A stretch of 28,846 nt of DNA from Patescibacteria group bacterium (GTDB lineage: Bacteria; Patescibacteriota; Minisyncoccia; Phycocordibacterales; Phycocordibacteraceae), in NCBI GenBank assembly GCA_018823385.1, contig JAHJIK010000049.1, positions 1 through 28,846 of the forward strand, given 5' to 3'. The notes under the pieces are model-generated. The model ran no database searches and was not told where the DNA came from. It worked only from the letters and a program-made list of their open reading frames with translations. Positions 8,934-18,862 of this stretch are shown here, piece after piece (the first letter of the stretch is position 1; each line of letters begins with the position of its first letter). The position numbers were made by a program, and so were the translations under genes.

Positions 8934-10074
8934 ATACATACGAACAGTACTCCTGGTCGGTTCGCTCATTGCGGCCTCCCAAGCGGAGGCCGCAATTCTT
9001 ATTAACGAAGTGGCATGGATGGGAAGTGATATCGAGAATGGTAGTAGCTGTGAGTGGGTTGAGTTGTATAACCCAGACACGCTTGCAGTTAACCTCAGTA
9101 GTTGGAGCCTCTCGATTGCCAACTCCGGAGGCAGTACACCAAAAGTAATTACCATATCCGAACTTGATGGATTTGGAACAGTGCTTGAACCAAATGCATT
9201 CTATATACTCGCTCGGGATTCCGGCGTATGTCTTGAACATATGCCGGGCAATACCGCGAACTGGTCCGGATCATTTGGAACAGGCATCTCAAACACCGGC
9301 TCAACAGTTACGCTTCGTGATTCAGCTGGTATCACTATTGATGCGGTTGATGCCAGTGAAGGGTGGGGCGAAATCGGCGGATACAATGTCTCGGGCAGGG
9401 CGAAGCTGACGCCGCAACGCAACGGAACCGGGTGGGTGACTGCCGCACCTACACCAGGAGCGGTAAACGCAACGCAATCAGAAAGCGTGGACACAGAATC
9501 GACGACGTCTAAAAGTACGTCTTCTACAAAAAAGACGTCGCCTCCCAAAATATACGTAGAAGCAGGTGGCGACAGAACCGTCTCAACGAATGCAGACACT
9601 GACTATCGTGCACTGGTATATACCGATCAGGGTAGGATCGTTAGGACTGCAAAGATGCTGTGGACATATGGCGAGGGAAGTTCAGACAGAGCTGCCGCAG
9701 GGTATCACAAATACCGAGAGCCGGGTGAGTATCTTGTTCACGTGCAGGCACAGGACGGTTGGAGAGTTGCGGATGACACTTTCATTGTTCTTGTAGACGA
9801 TGCAGAAATAGATATTAGCGATGTGTCAGAGAAGGGTGTGGCGCTTAGAAACTTCGATTCTCGTATCTTAGATATGTCGTATTGGAAGCTGTTGGTGGAT
9901 GGGATCTTTTTCCGAATTCCTCAAGGAACGTACATCCTTCCAGGTCGCACGGTGTACTTCTCGCCTGAAGTCACTGGACTGCCTATTTCAGATAGCGCGT
10001 CGCTCCTGTATCCGGGAGGCAATCTACATTATGAGTATAAGGTTGCAACCTCTACAGACGACGGTCGGTACTAA
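8926..10074 (+). CDS. Secreted lamin-tail-domain + PKD-like surface protein; start at 8926 rather than 8800
   Basis: Signal peptide ending AEA-A; LTD motifs INEVAWMG, EWVELYNP, LSSWSL; T/S/K linker; PKD-like WTYGEG...HKYREPGEYLV; second LTD-like LDMSYWKL. The start overlaps the ATPase stop. Confidence 0.8.
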   Translation: MYRYIRTVLLVGSLIAASQAEAAILINEVAWMGSDIENGSSCEWVELYNPDTLAVNLSSWSLSIANSGGSTPKVITISELDGFGTVLEPNAFYILARDSGVCLEHMPGNTANWSGSFGTGISNTGSTVTLRDSAGITIDAVDASEGWGEIGGYNVSGRAKLTPQRNGTGWVTAAPTPGAVNATQSESVDTESTTSKSTSSTKKTSPPKIYVEAGGDRTVSTNADTDYRALVYTDQGRIVRTAKMLWTYGEGSSDRAAAGYHKYREPGEYLVHVQAQDGWRVADDTFIVLVDDAEIDISDVSEKGVALRNFDSRILDMSYWKLLVDGIFFRIPQGTYILPGRTVYFSPEVTGLPISDSASLLYPGGNLHYEYKVATSTDDGRY

Positions 10075-10118
10075 TAGATATAGGACGTAACAAAATAATA
10101 CGATGAGTAAGGCATAGA

Positions 10119-10158
10119 AGCCCCCGCCCGCAGAACATTGTCTCTGTGGGCGGGGGCT
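10119..10158. terminator. GC-rich hairpin between the surface-protein gene and the glycan locus
   Basis: AGCCCCCGCCCGCAGA-loop-TCTGTGGGCGGGGGCT; no clear U-tract. Confidence 0.55.
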
Positions 10159-10204
10159 GCACCTGGCTTTGTATTTCCTCAATTTTCAAGTATCGTACTT
10201 ATAT

Positions 10205-11056
10205 ATGGCAAAGACAATTCTCGTAACAGGCGGTGCTGGCTTCATTGGTTCGCACCTTTGCGAACGGCTGGCAAATGAAGGGAACACTGTCATCTCTTTG
10301 GACAACTATTTCACAGGCTCTAAAGACAATCATGTTGCCGGAGTTGAGTATCGCGAAGGCCATACTAAAGATATTGAAAAACATGTACCTGAGTCACCTG
10401 ATCTTGTGTATCATTTAGGGGAGTATTCACGGGTAGAGCAGAGTTTGGAGGAGCCAGAGCTTGTTTGGGATCTAAATAAAACAGGTACTTTTGCAGTACT
10501 TGAGTTTGTGCGTAACCGAGGTTCTAAAATTATTTATGCAGGCTCGTCTACAAAATTTGGAGACGGCGGTCTTGGTCGAGATCAGAGTCCTTATGCTTGG
10601 ACGAAGGCCACGAACACTGAGCTGGTTCAGCTTTACGGGTCGTGGTATCAGGTGCCGTATGCAATTACATATTTTTACAATGTTTATGGCCCGCGCGAGC
10701 GTTCAGGTAAATACGGAACAGTGGTAGAGATATTTCGGCAGAAGGTTAAAAACAAGGAACCTCTGCTTGTGAATGCGCCAGGGTCCCAAAAAAGAAATTT
10801 TACGCACGTTTTCGATATTATAAATGGTCTTGTTTTGGTTGGCGAGAAGGGTGTGGGTGATGATTTCGGGATCGGAAACCCAAAAGCGTATTCAATTATC
10901 GAAATCGCAGAAATGTTCGGTGGTGAAATTACAATGATGCCAGAAGTGAAGGGTAATAGAATGGGGTCAGATATTGATACAATAAAAACCGGCATGCTTG
11001 GCTGGGCTCCAAAATATTCTCTCCCAGATTACATTAATTCTGCGATTGATGTCTAA
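10205..11056 (+). CDS. NAD-dependent nucleotide-sugar epimerase/dehydratase (extended SDR)
   Basis: ILVTGGAGFIGSHL, AGSS, SPYAWTK (YxxxK), YFYNVYGPRE, RNFTHV. ATG 10205 is preferred over TTG 10169. Confidence 0.92.
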   Translation: MAKTILVTGGAGFIGSHLCERLANEGNTVISLDNYFTGSKDNHVAGVEYREGHTKDIEKHVPESPDLVYHLGEYSRVEQSLEEPELVWDLNKTGTFAVLEFVRNRGSKIIYAGSSTKFGDGGLGRDQSPYAWTKATNTELVQLYGSWYQVPYAITYFYNVYGPRERSGKYGTVVEIFRQKVKNKEPLLVNAPGSQKRNFTHVFDIINGLVLVGEKGVGDDFGIGNPKAYSIIEIAEMFGGEITMMPEVKGNRMGSDIDTIKTGMLGWAPKYSLPDYINSAIDV

Positions 11057-12257
11057 GAAGGTATTAATATTTTCTCTTAACTACTACCCTCGGTTTACTG
11101 GTGGTGCCGAGGTCGCAATTAAAGAGATTACGGACCGCATATCTCCCGAAGAGATGGAGTTCCATATGGTCACGCTTCGTTTCGATTCTAATCTTCCCAG
11201 AACAGAGTTGGTTGGAAATATTACAGTGCACCGAATTGGTCCTGCAGTTAAGAATCCGACCATCTCTGATCTTAGAAAATTTCCGTTACATTTTAATAAA
11301 CACCTCTACCAGTTCCTTGCTGCTGCAAAAGCATTGAGCCTGCACAAGCAAATTCAATTTGATGCTACTTGGGCAATGATGGCTCATTCGTGTGCAGTGC
11401 CTGCAGGAATATTCAAAACTCTTAAGCCGGATGTTCCATATCTCCTGACGCTGCAAGAAGGTGACCCACCTGAAAATATCGAACGTTTAGCAAGACCAGT
11501 CTGGCCTTTGTTTAAAAGGGGTTTTACTACCGCAGATGCGATGCAGCCTATATCAAATTTTCTTTTGGCATGGGGCCTAAGAATGGGTTTTAAAGGTGTA
11601 TCAAAAGTAATACCAAATGCAGTAGACACAGCCCATTTTTCTTACCCCTATGCAGTTGAAGAGATAAACAGGATCAAGAAAGCTCTTGGAAAAAATGAAG
11701 GAGATATCTTTGTGGTCACCACGTCACGTTTAGTGCATAAGAATGGAATAGATATCGTTATTCGAGCACTTCCGCTCTTACCAGAAAATGTATTCTTCCT
11801 GATTTACGGCATTGGTCCTGAAGAAGACAAGTACCGAAAGCTTGCAGAAGAGATTGGTGTTGCTGCGCGTACTCGTTTTATGGGTCAGATTGAACATGAT
11901 GAAATGCCGCTGATGCTCAAGGCCTGTGACATTTTTGCCCGCCCTTCTCGCTCAGAAGGCATGGGCAACTCATTTATAGAAGCCATGGCGGCTGACCTAC
12001 CTGTAATTGCAACCCAGGTGGGAGGTATTGCTGACTTCTTATTCGATTCTGAAAAGAATACAGATAAGGATGCTACTGGCTGGGCGGTTGAAATGGAGAG
12101 TGAAGAGGAGATTGCACGTGCGATAAGGGATATTATGGAAAATCCAGCCAAAGCAGAAAAGGTAGTTGCAAATGCTAAAGCTATGGTGCTTTCAAATTAT
12201 GACTGGAGTCAAATTACATCAGACATGAAAAAACTTTTAATAGGTATCATGAAGTAA
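11049..12257 (+). CDS. Glycosyltransferase family 4
   Basis: GGAE, IPNAVD, SRLVHKNGID, RPSRSEGMGNSFIEAMA (EX7E); start MSKKVLIFS overlaps the epimerase stop. Confidence 0.92.
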   Translation: MSKKVLIFSLNYYPRFTGGAEVAIKEITDRISPEEMEFHMVTLRFDSNLPRTELVGNITVHRIGPAVKNPTISDLRKFPLHFNKHLYQFLAAAKALSLHKQIQFDATWAMMAHSCAVPAGIFKTLKPDVPYLLTLQEGDPPENIERLARPVWPLFKRGFTTADAMQPISNFLLAWGLRMGFKGVSKVIPNAVDTAHFSYPYAVEEINRIKKALGKNEGDIFVVTTSRLVHKNGIDIVIRALPLLPENVFFLIYGIGPEEDKYRKLAEEIGVAARTRFMGQIEHDEMPLMLKACDIFARPSRSEGMGNSFIEAMAADLPVIATQVGGIADFLFDSEKNTDKDATGWAVEMESEEEIARAIRDIMENPAKAEKVVANAKAMVLSNYDWSQITSDMKKLLIGIMK

Positions 12258-12259
12258 TT

Positions 12260-13264
12260 ATGAGAATTCTTGTTGTATCACCGATATCTACTACCGCAAT
12301 CGGAGGTCCTGCCTATGTGACGAGATCGCTTGTCGAGCAGCTACAACAGAGTGGGAATGAGGCGTTGGCAACATGCCCAACTCGACTGGAAATGAGAACC
12401 TTTCCACTTTTCAGACAGATATTAATATTTTTTCGTGCAGTTAGTGTATCTCGATCCTTTGAGAATCTTATTTTGCTCGATGTAACAAGTACCGGTTTAC
12501 CATTTGGGCTTGCTGCTAGACTCCTTGGAAAAAGAGTTGTCGTACGTGTGGGGGGTGATTTTCTTTGGGAATCGTATGTTGAGCGAACTGGCAAAGCAGT
12601 ATTACTTTCAGAATTTTATTCTGAAAGGAGAACGCTTTCTCTGTACGAAACAATGATTAAGTGGGCAACTCGAACCACACTCCACTTAGCTGATGACATT
12701 GTTTTTACCACACCATGGCTTAAGCAAATATGGGAAGCTCCGTATTCTCTTGAACAAAAAAGTATTCACATCATATCGAACCCTTTGCCGTCACGAGATC
12801 TCCAGCCTCCCCCGGAGAAGAAAGTCTTTCTCTCGTCAGGGCGCCCGATGCGAATCAAGAATATAGAAATGTTGAAGAATACCGTATGGCCTCAAATCCA
12901 AAAAGAGTACCCTGAGGCTGTTCTGGATACTGAACCGAAGAAACATGAGGAGTATAAAGAAGCACTTAAGTCTGCGTACGCAGTGATTCTTCCATCGCTA
13001 AGTGACGTATCTCCAAACAGCATATTGGAAGCCATAAGTTACGGAAAGCCGTTTATCTGTACAAAAGACACTGGTTTGTTCGAAACATACAAGGAGGCCG
13101 GTATATTTGTGAACACGCAAAATACTGAAGAGATGGTGTTTGCTATTCGAACGTTACTAACGCCAGAAGGGTATGCTGAAGCAAAATCACAGGTGGACGC
13201 TGTGGTGTATCCGAGAGATGATAAAACTCTCGCAGAACAGTATCTAGAAATACTGATACCATAA
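12260..13264 (+). CDS. Glycosyltransferase family 4-like (shortened C-terminal domain)
   Basis: IGGPA, SGRPMRIKN, LPSLSDVSPNSILEAISYGKP (DX7E variant). Confidence 0.8.
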   Translation: MRILVVSPISTTAIGGPAYVTRSLVEQLQQSGNEALATCPTRLEMRTFPLFRQILIFFRAVSVSRSFENLILLDVTSTGLPFGLAARLLGKRVVVRVGGDFLWESYVERTGKAVLLSEFYSERRTLSLYETMIKWATRTTLHLADDIVFTTPWLKQIWEAPYSLEQKSIHIISNPLPSRDLQPPPEKKVFLSSGRPMRIKNIEMLKNTVWPQIQKEYPEAVLDTEPKKHEEYKEALKSAYAVILPSLSDVSPNSILEAISYGKPFICTKDTGLFETYKEAGIFVNTQNTEEMVFAIRTLLTPEGYAEAKSQVDAVVYPRDDKTLAEQYLEILIP

Positions 13265-13268
13265 AGGT

Positions 13269-14414
13269 ATGAAGGTTCTCTTCTTGGGCTCTGACCCCTC
13301 TCTGTTTGATACAGAAAGTGCCGCACACAAAAGAATGCGTACCTATGCAAACGCCATAGGGGATTTGCATATATTGTCGGGCGCTAGAAAAAACATCTGC
13401 GAGTCATTTTTTACTGAGCAGGGAACACTCACGCTGTATGGAATTCGTGCACCCAAACTATGCCTCCCGTTCCTTTTGGCACGCAAGGCACACAAGATAA
13501 TAGTTGATCATGATATAGAGGTAATTTCAGCTCAAGATCCGTTCGAGCACGGCAGGGCAGCTGTAAGCGCTGCGCGGGGAACATTTGCAAAAGTGCACAT
13601 CCAAATCCATACTGACTATCTTTCGCACTGGTATGTGCATGGAAAAATTTTCAGAGGAGCTACCGTACCTGTACCTGTTTTAAATAGGGTTCGCAGGAGA
13701 ATTGCAGAACAGGTGCTGCTAAAAGCCGATGGCATCCGAGTCGTGTCTGAGCGTATACGGGAGTCGCTTCTTAAGAAGTACGGCACAACGATTCCTGAAC
13801 CCTCAGTTATACCGATTGGAGTTGCCGCAATAACACCCCAACCAATTGCACTGCCGTCTCATCAGTTCACCTTTGCTCTTTTGGCCGCGGGGCGACTTGA
13901 GCCCGAGAAAAGAATTGAGGATATTCTATACGCAATAGCTCGAATAGTTGCCGAGTATCCGAGTCTCGGACTATTTATTGTTGGAAGCGGAAGCGAAAGG
14001 AAAAAGTTGGAACGAATGGCAACCGGTCTTGGTATTCGAGACCGTGTTATATTCCTGGGCGAGCGGGGTCAGGATGCGCCAGGACTTATGGCAAGCGCGC
14101 AGGCATTCATACAGGCAAGTGCATATGAGGGATATAGTCGTACCCTGGTGGAGGCAGCTCTTGCCCGTGTGCCAATCATCACTACTGACGTGGGTATTGT
14201 TGGAGAGGTGTTTAAAGGCTATGAACAGGTTCTAGCAGCTCCCGTAGGAGATCCTGCAGCTCTTGCGACACATATTGCGGGGCTAATTGAAGATGTGCAG
14301 GCAAGAAAATTTCTAGTAATTGAGGCTGAAAAATCAGTTCGCAGCCACCTTGCACAGTTCGAAGACGTCCCGAACCTTGTTGCCGCTGACCTTAAATCTC
14401 TGGTCTCTATATGA
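13269..14414 (+). CDS. Glycosyltransferase family 4
   Basis: AGRLEPEKRIE, IVGSGSER, SAYEGYSRTLVEAA, TTDVG. Confidence 0.9.
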   Translation: MKVLFLGSDPSLFDTESAAHKRMRTYANAIGDLHILSGARKNICESFFTEQGTLTLYGIRAPKLCLPFLLARKAHKIIVDHDIEVISAQDPFEHGRAAVSAARGTFAKVHIQIHTDYLSHWYVHGKIFRGATVPVPVLNRVRRRIAEQVLLKADGIRVVSERIRESLLKKYGTTIPEPSVIPIGVAAITPQPIALPSHQFTFALLAAGRLEPEKRIEDILYAIARIVAEYPSLGLFIVGSGSERKKLERMATGLGIRDRVIFLGERGQDAPGLMASAQAFIQASAYEGYSRTLVEAALARVPIITTDVGIVGEVFKGYEQVLAAPVGDPAALATHIAGLIEDVQARKFLVIEAEKSVRSHLAQFEDVPNLVAADLKSLVSI

Positions 14415-15472
14415 AACTTCTAGTTGTAACACAAATAGTAGATACGTCAGATCCGGCGCTGGGTTTTTTTCATGAATGGCTAGTTGAATTTGCGCACAAC
14501 TGTTCTGAAGTAATCGTTATCTGCCTAAAAAGGGGGGAATGTAATCTGCCAAAGAATGTAAGAGTATTCAGTTTGGGGAAAGAGAAAAAACAGTTTTCAA
14601 AGGCAACCTACGGGTTGCGATTCCTGCGGTTAATACTTAAATACAGGAATGAATATGATTCAGTATTTGTACACATGAACCCGGAGTATCTTGTAATTGG
14701 TGGTCTGTTTTGGCGATTTTTTGGTAAAAAAAGCTCACTTTGGTATCTGCACAAACACGTTGATTTAAAACTTAAGATTGCAGTTTTGCTTACTGATACA
14801 GTTATTACAGCTTCTAAGGAAAGTTTCCGATATTCGACCAAAAAATTAGTAATTTTGAGTCACGGCATTTCAGTGGACGCAGGAGGCATCCACAAGAGAG
14901 CCGCAAAAGCTATTACAGTCATAACAACCGGGCGTGTTAGCTCGTCTAAGAGAGTTATTGAGATGCTGAGTGCTATAGAAAGATTACAGCAAAAGATACA
15001 TGACGTTCAGTTTGTGATAGTGGGAGCACCGGTTACTGACGAAGATAAAATTTACATGGGTAAAGTTGCTAGCTTTATTGAGGAATCCGGCCCTTTAAAG
15101 GGAAGAGTTACAGTATTGGGCTCAGTGCCGCATAGTCAGATAGGAGAATTGGTCGCGTGTAGTGACGTTTTTTTGAATCTTAGCGAAACCGGGAGTATGG
15201 ATAAGGCTGTTCTGGAGGCGCTGTTTCTTGGTGTTCCTGCCGTAACATCGAATGTTGCATTTGCCCGCCTCTTGTCAGGTAGCTCCTTATTCCTAGAAAG
15301 AATCGACCCTGAAACCGTATCCAGCGCGATTCAAAAGGCTCTAGTTGCTGATATTTCTGGGATTTCAGCTAAGGTGCGTGCAGACCATAGCCTCAAGTCG
15401 CTGATTCCGCGTATAGTTGCTACACTTAAACAGCATGAGCGAAGGACCTCAGGTAGACAGCAGACACTATAA
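14411..15472 (+). CDS. Glycosyltransferase family 4
   Basis: HGI, TGRVSSSKR, NLSETGSMDKAVLEAL; ATGA overlap. Confidence 0.88.
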   Translation: MKLLVVTQIVDTSDPALGFFHEWLVEFAHNCSEVIVICLKRGECNLPKNVRVFSLGKEKKQFSKATYGLRFLRLILKYRNEYDSVFVHMNPEYLVIGGLFWRFFGKKSSLWYLHKHVDLKLKIAVLLTDTVITASKESFRYSTKKLVILSHGISVDAGGIHKRAAKAITVITTGRVSSSKRVIEMLSAIERLQQKIHDVQFVIVGAPVTDEDKIYMGKVASFIEESGPLKGRVTVLGSVPHSQIGELVACSDVFLNLSETGSMDKAVLEALFLGVPAVTSNVAFARLLSGSSLFLERIDPETVSSAIQKALVADISGISAKVRADHSLKSLIPRIVATLKQHERRTSGRQQTL

Positions 15473-16061
15473 CTTCAATTCGTACTCATTTGAAGATCGT
15501 TTTGTAAGTTACTATTGGCAGCTGAAAACGGTTATCGGTACAAAGCCTTCGGCAGTACTGGAGGTTGGCGTCGGTGATAAAGTATTTGGCTCTTTCATCA
15601 CGAACAATACTGCGATTAATTACACGTCAATCGATATTGCCGAAGATCTTAATCCAGACGTACTGGGTAGTGTCACTTCTATACCGCTCGAAAGTAATTC
15701 GTACGATGTCGTTTGCGCATTCGAAGTGTTGGAGCATTTGCCTTATGATCAATTTGAATTGGCAATTGCTGAAATGGTAAGAGTCGCCAGAAAGAACGTC
15801 GTCATAAGTCTTCCTCATTTTGGACCTAATGTCTCATTTTCTTTGAAGTTCCCGCTGTTTCCACTGCTGCGGTTTTCACATAAGCTCAGTATTCCCAAGG
15901 AACATGTGTGGAATGGGCAGCACTACTGGGAGTTGGGAAAGAAAGGTTTTCCTGTTAAAAGAGTACGTAATGCTATGGAGAAGTACGGCAAAATAAAAAC
16001 TGATTTCGTTCCTTTCAATAGTCAGTACCACCACTTCTTTGTGCTTGAGGTTGCATCATAA
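15435..16061 (+). CDS. Class I SAM-dependent methyltransferase
   Basis: VLEVGVG, SIDIAEDL.PDVLGSV, YDVVCAFEVLEHLP; start MSEGPQVD at 15435. Confidence 0.88.
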   Translation: MSEGPQVDSRHYNFNSYSFEDRFVSYYWQLKTVIGTKPSAVLEVGVGDKVFGSFITNNTAINYTSIDIAEDLNPDVLGSVTSIPLESNSYDVVCAFEVLEHLPYDQFELAIAEMVRVARKNVVISLPHFGPNVSFSLKFPLFPLLRFSHKLSIPKEHVWNGQHYWELGKKGFPVKRVRNAMEKYGKIKTDFVPFNSQYHHFFVLEVAS

Positions 16062-16065
16062 TCAT

Positions 16066-16722
16066 ATGAATGAATTAAACCGACACCCCAGCCTAAAGGA
16101 TATAGTTACTGGTCTGTATCAGGGAAGAAGCCTTACTCGTATTCTGATGAATTTCGAGCTCTCTAAATATAAATTGATCGGGAAGGTTGTTGATATTGGG
16201 GGCGCACGAAATCCTGACTATTATAAATATATAAACATACGAGAGGCTACTGTAGAGCCTTTGGACGGACTAATCTCTGGAATAGATTTCGAAGTAGACG
16301 ATTTACCATACGCCGATAAGTCAATTGACTCAATTGTTTGCTGCAATCTGCTGGAACATATTTTCGACTACAATCGATTAATGAAAGAAATGTATAGAGT
16401 GCTGGCGCCTTCTGGTTCAGTACTGGGCTTTGTGCCATTCTGGACAGGCTTCCATCCTGACCCCGCAGACTATTTTAGATATACGCACCAGGCACTTGAG
16501 AAAATATGTGTAAATGCAGGATTTTCGAATGTTAAGATTACTCCACTGGCCCAGGGCCCAATTCTTGCAAACTTCAATACCATTGTTCTCTCAGTACCAA
16601 AAATCCTTCGACCCCTTTTTTACATTTTCTATAGCACCCTCAATGCCGCATTCATAAAACTCCGACCTGATAGTCTCCGTCGGCACCCTTTAGGATATAT
16701 TTTTTATATGCAAAAGCACTAA
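16066..16722 (+). CDS. Class I SAM-dependent methyltransferase (type 11-like)
   Basis: VVDIGG, DSIVCCNLLEHIFD, EMYRVLAPSG, HPDPADYFRYT. Confidence 0.88.
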   Translation: MNELNRHPSLKDIVTGLYQGRSLTRILMNFELSKYKLIGKVVDIGGARNPDYYKYINIREATVEPLDGLISGIDFEVDDLPYADKSIDSIVCCNLLEHIFDYNRLMKEMYRVLAPSGSVLGFVPFWTGFHPDPADYFRYTHQALEKICVNAGFSNVKITPLAQGPILANFNTIVLSVPKILRPLFYIFYSTLNAAFIKLRPDSLRRHPLGYIFYMQKH

Positions 16723-16724
16723 AT

Positions 16725-17735
16725 ATGTTACAGGTATACATACCAAAGGAGATTCAGAATCTAAGAGTCTTGAGTTTTTTAGCTCCAGTAAGCTCCTCAG
16801 ATAATAGGCTATTCCAGAACATAGATATTAAGGAGTTCGAGAATATTATTAAGAGAGTTGAAAAAATTAAAGACGCTGAGTATGTACTCATACCGCACTA
16901 TCTACCAGACCTAGCAAACTATTCAACGTATGTGCCTGATGCAATAGCCGAAGCAAAAACTGCAGGAATACGCTGCCTGTTATTCACAAATCAAGACAGC
17001 CCAGACGATCTAATTTTTCCAGACACAATAGTGTTCAGGCCGTCTGCGTATAAATCAAAGTTGGATGCGAGGTCGATCATTATTCCAGGACAAGTACAGG
17101 ATTTAGGTCAAGAGTACGGGTACGAGCCTCTTCACAAAAAGACGCAACCAGGTGTTGGGTTTGTTGGGAAGGCGGGCTTATCTTCAGTAAAGGAATTGGT
17201 ACGCTTCTTTTACAAAAACTTCATTATTTTGAAAGGTCCTTGTCGAGAAGGTGTATTCTTTAGACGCAAGGCACTCAATGTCTTAAAGAAATCTGATAGT
17301 GTTGAGCTGCATTCCAAAATCAGAAGACGCTTTTCTGCACATAAGAAAACCATAGAGGCTCCAATTGCGGAAATTCGCGGTGAGTACATTGAAAATATAC
17401 AAGAAAATCTTTTCACATTATGCCCACGTGGAGACGGAAACTATTCCCTCCGTTTCTATGAGGTGTTGTCGCTAGGGAGGATACCATTAGTTATAGATAC
17501 AGACATGGAGCTACCTCTAGAGGATCGCGTTCCGTACGACACATTTATCGTCCGAGTACATTGGAGCGATATCGAAAATCTGGCGACCATAATTGCGAAG
17601 CTTCACGAATCAACTTCTGATGAAATATTTCAAAAAATGCAAGCTAGCGCACGCGAACATTTTGTGAAATATCTGCACATGCCTCCATTCCTACGAATAG
17701 TGCTGTCGAAAGAATACCTTGATCTCATTCCGTAA
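16725..17735 (+). CDS. Exostosin-like (GT47) glycosyltransferase
   Basis: C-terminal FTLCPRGDGNYSLRFYEVLSLGRIPLVID...LP, the exostosin-family signature. Confidence 0.8.
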   Translation: MLQVYIPKEIQNLRVLSFLAPVSSSDNRLFQNIDIKEFENIIKRVEKIKDAEYVLIPHYLPDLANYSTYVPDAIAEAKTAGIRCLLFTNQDSPDDLIFPDTIVFRPSAYKSKLDARSIIIPGQVQDLGQEYGYEPLHKKTQPGVGFVGKAGLSSVKELVRFFYKNFIILKGPCREGVFFRRKALNVLKKSDSVELHSKIRRRFSAHKKTIEAPIAEIRGEYIENIQENLFTLCPRGDGNYSLRFYEVLSLGRIPLVIDTDMELPLEDRVPYDTFIVRVHWSDIENLATIIAKLHESTSDEIFQKMQASAREHFVKYLHMPPFLRIVLSKEYLDLIP

Positions 17736-17737
17736 GT

Positions 17738-18862
17738 ATGGCTAAGTTTATAATTTTATTCCATGGTAGGTACCCCAGTGAAAAAGCTGCTGCCACGTAT
17801 GTTACTCAGAATGCTGAATCCTTAGTTCAGCTGGGTCATGCGGTTACAATTCTTTCTCCAGCCAGGCGCACTTTAAATAAGGGTAATTTAAATCTGGCCC
17901 CTGAAGGTTGTCGCATTATCTACATGCCTATAATAGATTTATTTGAATTACCTATACTTCGCTCAGCTGCATTCTGGGTAAGCCTAACGTGCTTTACACT
18001 GTCTTCATGGCTATACCTAAAATTCAAATCTAGTGGAAAGGATAATATCATTTCGAACGATTTATTAGTGGGGCTGATGGTAAACACGGTATCCAGTAGA
18101 TTAATTTATGAAGTTCACGACTTTCCCGAAAGGTGGCACTTTCTATATAGACAATTATTTAAAAGGGCGATGTTGGTAATTGCTACAAATTCCTGGAAAG
18201 AGGAGATGTTGACGGCTTCATTTAGCGAGGTTCACGGGAAAGTATTAATGGAGAGGAACGGAGTCAACCTTGAAAAATTTTATCCTGGAGATAAAACCGT
18301 AGACCGCACCGTTTTAGGGCTATCGACGACTGCACCAGTTGTAGTGTATACAGGTCACCTTTATGGCTGGAAGGGTGTTGCAACACTTATGGGTGCAGCG
18401 AAATCTTTACCCAATATAGACTTCTACTTAGTCGGCGGTACAAAAGAGGATATTGAGAAATATAAAGCTGAATACAGTTCCAGTAACATGCACTTCGTGG
18501 GGCATGTGCCGCATGCTGACGTCAGGAGGTGGCAGTCTAGTGCCGATATGCTAGTTCTTCCTAATACTGGAAAAGATAAACTATCAAGTTTGTACACCTC
18601 ACCTATGAAGCTGTTCGAATACATGGCCAACAAGAGACCGATAATTGCATCAGATATACCTTCAATACGAGAAGTCGTGGGGGATAATATGGCGACCCTG
18701 TTTGAACCCGACAACTCTTTAGAGCTTGCTTCGGCAATAAGGCAAGTAATTGAAAACCCAAAAGAAGCCAACAAAATGGCCGATATTGCATATGAGTCAG
18801 TGCTAAAGCACTCTTGGAGATCACGCGCAATGAGAATGTGCGCTAGAGTAAATGCATTATGA
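17738..18862 (+). CDS. Glycosyltransferase family 4
   Basis: YEVHD, NGVNL, YTGHLYGWKGV, LVLPN...YTSPMKLFEYMA..RPIIASD.PSIRE. Confidence 0.9.
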   Translation: MAKFIILFHGRYPSEKAAATYVTQNAESLVQLGHAVTILSPARRTLNKGNLNLAPEGCRIIYMPIIDLFELPILRSAAFWVSLTCFTLSSWLYLKFKSSGKDNIISNDLLVGLMVNTVSSRLIYEVHDFPERWHFLYRQLFKRAMLVIATNSWKEEMLTASFSEVHGKVLMERNGVNLEKFYPGDKTVDRTVLGLSTTAPVVVYTGHLYGWKGVATLMGAAKSLPNIDFYLVGGTKEDIEKYKAEYSSSNMHFVGHVPHADVRRWQSSADMLVLPNTGKDKLSSLYTSPMKLFEYMANKRPIIASDIPSIREVVGDNMATLFEPDNSLELASAIRQVIENPKEANKMADIAYESVLKHSWRSRAMRMCARVNAL

